Notes under the pieces: model-generated | What the model saw: only the letters and a program-made list of their open reading frames with translations | What the model was told of the DNA's origin: nothing | Databases searched by the model: none | Program-made: the position numbers and the translations under genes | In this document: positions 59,221 through 64,000 of the stretch, one piece after another | Layout: each line of letters starts with the position of its first letter | How positions within the stretch are numbered: position 1 is the stretch's first letter | Assembly: GCA_963809815.1 (NCBI GenBank) | Contig: CAWELM010000005.1 | Location: 20,825 to 84,824, forward strand | Origin: an uncultured Actinomycetota bacterium | GTDB lineage: Bacteria > Actinomycetota > Actinomycetes > Mycobacteriales > Jatrophihabitantaceae | Direction of reading: 5' to 3' | Length of the DNA stretch: 64,000 bases

Positions 59221-59964
59221 ATGCCTACCGCGCTGGTAACGGGCGTCAGCCGTCGGGTCGGGATCGGATGGACAGTCGCCGAGCGCTTGATCAGGGAGGG
59301 CTGGTCGGTGACCGCAACGGGCTGGCCGCCGCACGACGAGGCCCAGCCCTGGGGTGGTGACTCGTCCGCACCCGATCTGGCCAACCTCTCGTGGCTCCCA
59401 GAGGATCTGGCCGACCCCGACGCGCCGTCGCGTCTGGTCTCACGACATGTCGCGCAGCACGGTCGGCTCGACGCCCTGGTCGCGGTTCACGCCCGATCCA
59501 GTCTGCAGGACCTGGCGACGGTCACCGCGACCGAGCTCGACGCGTCGTTCGTGGTCAACACGCGAGCGACCGTGCTGCTCGTGCAAGCCTCGGCGCGCGT
59601 CGGCGTGCGCCGGGTGGTGCTCTTCACGACCGGAGTTCACCGCGAACCGATGCCGGCGGAGATCCCTTATGTCGTCTCGAAGGCGGCGCTGCAGGGTGTA
59701 ACCGCGACGCTCGCCGCGGCCCTCGCTCCCATTGGGGCGACGGTCAACTGCGTGAACCCAGGCCCGAACGACACTGGCTACGCTGATGCCCCAACGCGGG
59801 AGTTCGTTGTGGCGCACATGCCACTGGAGCGGCGCTGGGGCCAGCCCGCAGATACGGCCGAACTGGTCGCATTCCTGGTGTCCGACCGAGCGGCCTGGAT
59901 TACGGGTCAGACCATTGACTCGGACGGCGGCTGGAGCATGCGCGCGGGCGTACACCCGGAATAG
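59221..59964 (+). CDS. SDR-family oxidoreductase
   Basis: Contains TGVSRRVGIG (TGxxxxxG), the catalytic YVVSKAAL (YxxxK) and NCVNPGP. Confidence 0.88.
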   Translation: MPTALVTGVSRRVGIGWTVAERLIREGWSVTATGWPPHDEAQPWGGDSSAPDLANLSWLPEDLADPDAPSRLVSRHVAQHGRLDALVAVHARSSLQDLATVTATELDASFVVNTRATVLLVQASARVGVRRVVLFTTGVHREPMPAEIPYVVSKAALQGVTATLAAALAPIGATVNCVNPGPNDTGYADAPTREFVVAHMPLERRWGQPADTAELVAFLVSDRAAWITGQTIDSDGGWSMRAGVHPE

Positions 59965-60020
59965 CAACTCCCCCTGTTGATGATCTTGGACGTAGGCCCA
60001 GAGCTTTTGGTCTGCTGTCA

Positions 60021-61268
60021 TTAGCTTCCGCTGGGGAGTACCACGAGAGGTGGTCGACCGTTGGCCGCGGCATGCACCATGGCCGACTCGAATGGGCGGC
60101 CCAGGCCCGGTCGCCACGTCAACAGCCGAATAGTCCGGCCGTTGTTCAACGCGAGGACCAGCCAGCCATTGTCCGAGAAGGCCAAGCCGGGCACGGGCGC
60201 GATCGGCAACTCGACACCCGGAACGATCGTGATGGAGCCGGATGATGTCGCGAGTACGGCGACGTCCGTGGGCGCCGCGTCGGACGGATAACGGCTGTCT
60301 TGTGCGGCGCGCTGCAACGTGAAGGCAACCCGTCCTCCGTCCGGGCTCACGACCCCCCGTGCGGTCGGCATGCGACCTGGCGGGAGCCGAATCGACCGGG
60401 CCGGCCCGGGCGGTACGAGTGGCTGGAAGACCAGAGTGCAGGCGATCCGCACGGCATTCGGGCACATCGGAAACCAGAGGACCCCGGTTGGCGTCACGGC
60501 AATGACCTGTCCTCGGCCCAGGCGCGTCGACGCGTCGTCGCCATTCCGCAGATCACGCATTTGGACGGTTGGCAGATCCTCGCCGGCGAGGGGACCGACT
60601 TGTAGCTGCTCGCCCACGTAGTGCGACCCGATGATGCCCAGCGGGGTAAAACCACGAGGCGTCTGCACCGTGTTGGCATCATCCAGCGAGCGCAGTGTGC
60701 CGGGAATGGCGTTCCCGCCGCCGAGCACGGCCCAGGCCTGCCCGGTCACCGAAATCACGTTGCGCAGCAACCCGGTCGTCGGCACGGCTGCGGGCGCGCC
60801 GGTACCGACCCGGACCAGCCCGAGGTTCGTCAAAGGATCACAGCCCGAAAGGACGGCGTAGGTCGGGGACGCCCCCCGCAGCTGGGTGACCGATTGCCCA
60901 CTCTTCGGGTCGACGCCCGGCACGACGGTCGCGGTTCCGCTGTCGAGGTCGACCTTACGGAGCTGGTCACCGCCGAGGAGCACCCGAAGCTCGGTCGCGT
61001 TGGGTGGCATCGGCGCGCTCAACACGATGGGGAGCAGGCCCGATCCGCACACACCGTCAGCGCTTGGCCATTGCGCGACATGCCGTCCGGCGGAGGCGGA
61101 TGGGTCCGGGCGGGCCGGAGCTCGATCCGCGCCGAGGCCGGCACCACCGGCGAGCTGTGCACCGACGATGGCGAGCGCAGCGACCACCGCGCCGCCGGCC
61201 AGCCATTTCATCAGCGGCGGCAGACGCGAGGGACCGGCCAGTTCCTCCTCGCCGTCCACGCCATCCAT
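60021..61268 (-). CDS. hypothetical membrane-anchored extracytoplasmic protein (beta-rich, propeller-like)
   Basis: N-terminal TM anchor WLAGGAVVAALAIVGAQLAG followed by a Gly/Val/Thr/Pro-rich beta-type sequence. The C-terminal VSPDGGRVAF resembles TolB/WD40-like blades. ATG 61268 was chosen to avoid overlap with glgX. Confidence 0.5.
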   Translation of the reverse strand: MDGVDGEEELAGPSRLPPLMKWLAGGAVVAALAIVGAQLAGGAGLGADRAPARPDPSASAGRHVAQWPSADGVCGSGLLPIVLSAPMPPNATELRVLLGGDQLRKVDLDSGTATVVPGVDPKSGQSVTQLRGASPTYAVLSGCDPLTNLGLVRVGTGAPAAVPTTGLLRNVISVTGQAWAVLGGGNAIPGTLRSLDDANTVQTPRGFTPLGIIGSHYVGEQLQVGPLAGEDLPTVQMRDLRNGDDASTRLGRGQVIAVTPTGVLWFPMCPNAVRIACTLVFQPLVPPGPARSIRLPPGRMPTARGVVSPDGGRVAFTLQRAAQDSRYPSDAAPTDVAVLATSSGSITIVPGVELPIAPVPGLAFSDNGWLVLALNNGRTIRLLTWRPGLGRPFESAMVHAAANGRPPLVVLPSGS

Positions 61269-61305
61269 GAGAGCACAACCGCGAAGGGACGGCGGAGGCT
61301 CTAAG

Positions 61306-63429
61306 TCAGGCTCGAACCACCCGCAGCAGCTGCACGCTCCGGGCCACAAGATGCATCGGTCGTCCGGCCCGGATGCGCGACCCGCCGTCGATCCTGCCCG
61401 ACACATAGCGGGTATCGATGATGGTCTCGTACTCGCTGGCCCAGGGCGGCCCCGGCAGGAAGAAGCGCACCGGATCGTCTCCGGAGTGCAACAGGATCAG
61501 GTAGGAGTGGTCGACGAGCTGCTCGCCGCGGCTGCCGCGGTGCCGTAGTCCACGACCGTCCAGGTACATCCCAATCGTGCACAGTCCGTTGTCGAACCAG
61601 TCGTCGGCTATGAGCTCGCGTCCGGCCGGATGAAACCAAGCCAGGTCCTTGCTGCCATCCGCGCCGAGGACCGGGCGACCCTCGAAGAACGCCCGTTGGC
61701 GAAGCACCGGCGAGGAGCGTCGGAGGGTCACTAACCGCCGCGCGAGCTCCAGCAGGTCAGCAGCCTCCGGCGTTGCCGACCAGTCCAGCCACGAGGTGGG
61801 GTTGTCCTGGCAATACGCGTTGTTGTTTCCACCCTGCGTGCGCCATCGCTCGTCGCCGGCAAGCAGCATCGGTGCACCGGTGGAGAGCAACAGCGTGCAG
61901 AGAAAGTTTCGGGCCTGACGCAACCGCAGTGTCCTGACGTCGGCATCGCTGGTCTCACCCTCGACGCCACAGTTGTAGGAGAGGTTGTCGTTCGTCCCGT
62001 CGCGGTTGTGCTCGCCGTTGGCCTCGTTGCGCTTGCGCTCGTATGTGACCAGATCCCGCAACGTGAACCCGTCGTGTGATGTCACGAAGTTGATCGATGC
62101 GAACGGCAGCCGCCCGTCGTCGCCATACAGATCAGAGGACCCGGACAGTCGCGTGGCCAGCTCGCGTACGCCAGCGCCCTGGGCCCAGAACGAGCGAACG
62201 GTGTCGCGATATCGCCCGTTCCACTCCGTCCAACGGGCCGGGAACTGACCGACCTGGTAGCCACCGTCACCGACGTCCCACGGTTCGGCAATGAGCTTGA
62301 CCTGGCTGAGCACCGGGTCTTGGTGGATGGTGTCGAAGAACGACGAGAGCTTGTCGACATCATGCAGCGACCGGGCCAGCGCAGACGCGAGGTCGAACCG
62401 GAAGCCGTCGACGTGCATCTCGGTGGCCCAGTAGCGGAGGGAGTCCATGACCATCGCGAGGACGGATGGCGTGCGCACGTCCAGGGTGTTGCCGCAGCCG
62501 GTGTAGTCGGCGTAACGAGAAGGATCACCCGGTGCCAGCCGGTAGTACGCGGCGTTGTCGATTCCGCGGAAGGCCAGGATCGGTCCGTCCGGTGCGCCCT
62601 CGGCGGTGTGGTTGTAGACCACATCGAGAATGACCTCGATCCCGGCCGCATGGAGCGCCCGAACCATCGACTTGAACTCCCGAACCTGGTTGCCCCGGCG
62701 CGATGAATATGCCTCGTGCGGCGCGAAGAAGCCCAGCGTGTTGTAACCCCAGTAGTTGGGCAGGCCCCGGCGCTGGACCGCCGGCTCGGTGACGAAGTGC
62801 TGGATGGGAAGCAGCTCTACCGCGGTCACTCCGAGTGAGCGCAGGTAGTCAATGGCCACCGGCTGGGCGAGTCCGGCGTATGTGCCGCGGATTTCGGGAG
62901 GAATGTCGGGGTTGGTCATCGTGAAGCCGCGTACGTGCAGCTCGTAGATGACGGTGTCCTCCCAAGGAATGTCGGGCTTCCGGTCGCCGCCCCAGGGAAA
63001 CGCGCCGTGCACGATGACCGACCTCGGGACGTACGGTGCCGAGTCCTCGTCACCTCCGTAGACAGCGGGGTGGTCGACCAATTCCCCTTCGAGCGCGCGC
63101 GCATACGGGTCGATCAGCAGCTTGTTCGGGTTGTGCCGCAATCCTCGGCTCGGGTCGTTCAGGCCGTGCACCCGGAACCCGTACCGCTGCCCGGGACCTA
63201 CGCCGGGTAGGTACCCGTGCCAGACGTGGTAGGTCCGCTCATCCAGCGCTATCCGGGTCTCCACCCCGTCGGGGTCGAACAGGCACACGTCAACGCCCGT
63301 TGCCGACCGGCTCCACAGCGCGAAGTTCGCTCCGTCGCCGTCCCACTCCGCTCCGGACGGGTACGGCTTTCCCGGCCAGGCACGATCGAGCCGTGCCCCG
63401 AGCGCGGCGGTCAGGTCTTCTGGGCGCAT
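61306..63429 (-). CDS. glgX: glycogen debranching enzyme
   Basis: Contains [35 protein letters not shown] and [13 protein letters not shown]. Confidence 0.96.
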   Translation of the reverse strand: MRPEDLTAALGARLDRAWPGKPYPSGAEWDGDGANFALWSRSATGVDVCLFDPDGVETRIALDERTYHVWHGYLPGVGPGQRYGFRVHGLNDPSRGLRHNPNKLLIDPYARALEGELVDHPAVYGGDEDSAPYVPRSVIVHGAFPWGGDRKPDIPWEDTVIYELHVRGFTMTNPDIPPEIRGTYAGLAQPVAIDYLRSLGVTAVELLPIQHFVTEPAVQRRGLPNYWGYNTLGFFAPHEAYSSRRGNQVREFKSMVRALHAAGIEVILDVVYNHTAEGAPDGPILAFRGIDNAAYYRLAPGDPSRYADYTGCGNTLDVRTPSVLAMVMDSLRYWATEMHVDGFRFDLASALARSLHDVDKLSSFFDTIHQDPVLSQVKLIAEPWDVGDGGYQVGQFPARWTEWNGRYRDTVRSFWAQGAGVRELATRLSGSSDLYGDDGRLPFASINFVTSHDGFTLRDLVTYERKRNEANGEHNRDGTNDNLSYNCGVEGETSDADVRTLRLRQARNFLCTLLLSTGAPMLLAGDERWRTQGGNNNAYCQDNPTSWLDWSATPEAADLLELARRLVTLRRSSPVLRQRAFFEGRPVLGADGSKDLAWFHPAGRELIADDWFDNGLCTIGMYLDGRGLRHRGSRGEQLVDHSYLILLHSGDDPVRFFLPGPPWASEYETIIDTRYVSGRIDGGSRIRAGRPMHLVARSVQLLRVVRA

Positions 63430-63473
63430 CGTGCGGACTGTAACGGTTGCGCCTGCACTGTTCCTCCCGAGAC

Positions 63474-64000
63474 GTGCGGTTGGATGGGCGCGTGCCCGAC
63501 CGGAACCCCGACGCCGTGCTCCAATTCGACGGGGTGTCCATCCGTCGGGGGCCCAAACTGCTGCTCGACCGAATCGACTGGACGGTGGAGCTCGACGAGC
63601 GGTGGGCCGTCCTCGGGCCGAACGGCGCGGGCAAGACGACCCTGCTACAAATCGCGGCGGCGAATCTATGTCCCACGTCGGGGACCGCGTTCGTCCTCGG
63701 CGAGCAGCTGGGGGCGGTCGACATGTTCGAGTTGCGCCCGCGGATCGGGCTGTCGAGCGCGGCCGTGGCCCAGCGCATCCCCGATCAAGAACGCGTCGCG
63801 GATCTGGTCGTCAGTGCTGGATATGCGGTTCTCGGACGATGGCGGGAGGCGTATGGACGGGTCGACCTGCGCCGTGCCTCGGCCCTGCTGGAGCGCTGGG
63901 GAGTCGGCGGTCTCGATGACCGGCGGTTCGGCACGCTGAGCGAAGGGGAGCGGAAGCGGGCCCAGATCGCTCGCGCGCTGATGACGGATCCTGAGTTACT
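63474..64000 (+). CDS. ABC transporter ATP-binding protein, N-terminal part (continues past window end)
   Basis: This open-ended frame is not in the ORF track. It contains Walker A GPNGAGKTT, the signature LSEGERKR, and the beginning of Walker B. Candidate starts are GTG 63474, GTG 63492 and TTG 63447, after the in-frame stop at 63441. Confidence 0.8.
   Translation, partial: MRLDGRVPDRNPDAVLQFDGVSIRRGPKLLLDRIDWTVELDERWAVLGPNGAGKTTLLQIAAANLCPTSGTAFVLGEQLGAVDMFELRPRIGLSSAAVAQRIPDQERVADLVVSAGYAVLGRWREAYGRVDLRRASALLERWGVGGLDDRRFGTLSEGERKRAQIARALMTDPEL

Noticed and set aside
52453-59964. Possibility that the decarboxylase/caspase region is a horizontally acquired island or mobile element
   Set aside because: I could find no integrase, transposase, tRNA target or flanking direct repeats. 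Base composition and codon style look like the rest of the window. Without a computed GC-skew or k-mer profile this remains unproven either way.
63431-63919. 162-aa and 240-aa plus-strand ORFs listed in the ORF track near the window end
   Set aside because: The real gene is in the third, open-ended frame. That frame is absent from the track because it has no stop before nt 64000, and it carries Walker A (GPNGAGKTT) and the ABC signature (LSEGERKR).

Overview
This is a visibly high-GC actinobacterial chromosomal segment; third codon positions are almost always G/C. Gene order resembles the mycobacterial prfA-hemK-tsaC-wecA-atp-murA...nucS...glgB-glgE-glgP region. I support about 57 protein-coding genes and found no rRNA, tRNA, CRISPR array, transposase or integrase.

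Left to right, the window contains:
- The rpmE 3' end, then prfA, prmC, a GH31 alpha-glucosidase inserted in this operon, tsaC and wecA.
- A complete F1Fo ATP synthase operon (two small atpI/atpZ-like genes, atpBEFHAGDC, DUF2550).
- A PduO-type adenosyltransferase and murA.
- A dispersed ethylmalonyl-CoA/butyryl-CoA gene set: meaA, a tandem-domain hbd, ccr, the epimerase, a thiolase and meaB. These are interleaved with nucS, an aldehyde dehydrogenase, a DivIVA-like coiled-coil protein and hypothetical membrane proteins.
- A glutaryl-CoA-dehydrogenase-like acd divergent from marR, a secreted BNR-repeat protein, an LD-carboxypeptidase, an aldo/keto reductase, an orphan icmA, an rmlC-like epimerase, a thioredoxin-TPR protein and a pirin.
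- A complete GlgE alpha-glucan operon (glgE-treS-pep2-glgB) divergent from glgP.
- Two F420-type oxidoreductases and a long-form PLP amino-acid decarboxylase.
- The stand-out locus at 55.3-57.9 kb, then a membrane-anchored hypothetical protein, glgX and the start of an ABC ATPase.

The stand-out locus is a small EACC1-like gene followed 6 nt later by a 737-aa caspase-like protease with an intact His/Cys dyad. The protease is fused to a HEAT-like region, a beta-rich region and an 8-TM C-terminal domain. It is translationally chained to YjbR/MmcQ, alpha/beta-hydrolase and SDR genes. No NTPase sensor lies nearby, which makes it a candidate minimal, uncharacterised conflict or programmed-death module.

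Other notable signals:
- A two-copy family of 40-nt hairpins with compensatory changes, at 19089 and 51036.
- An SD-sequestering alternative-hairpin leader upstream of acd.
- A probable leaderless icmA with an operator-like palindrome.
- A mycobacterial-type C-terminal extension on AtpA.
- Many 4-nt start/stop overlaps (GTGA, ATGA, TTGA), which indicate translational coupling.

All calls rest on reading the translated ORFs for family hallmarks and on remembered homologue sequences. No database search was run.
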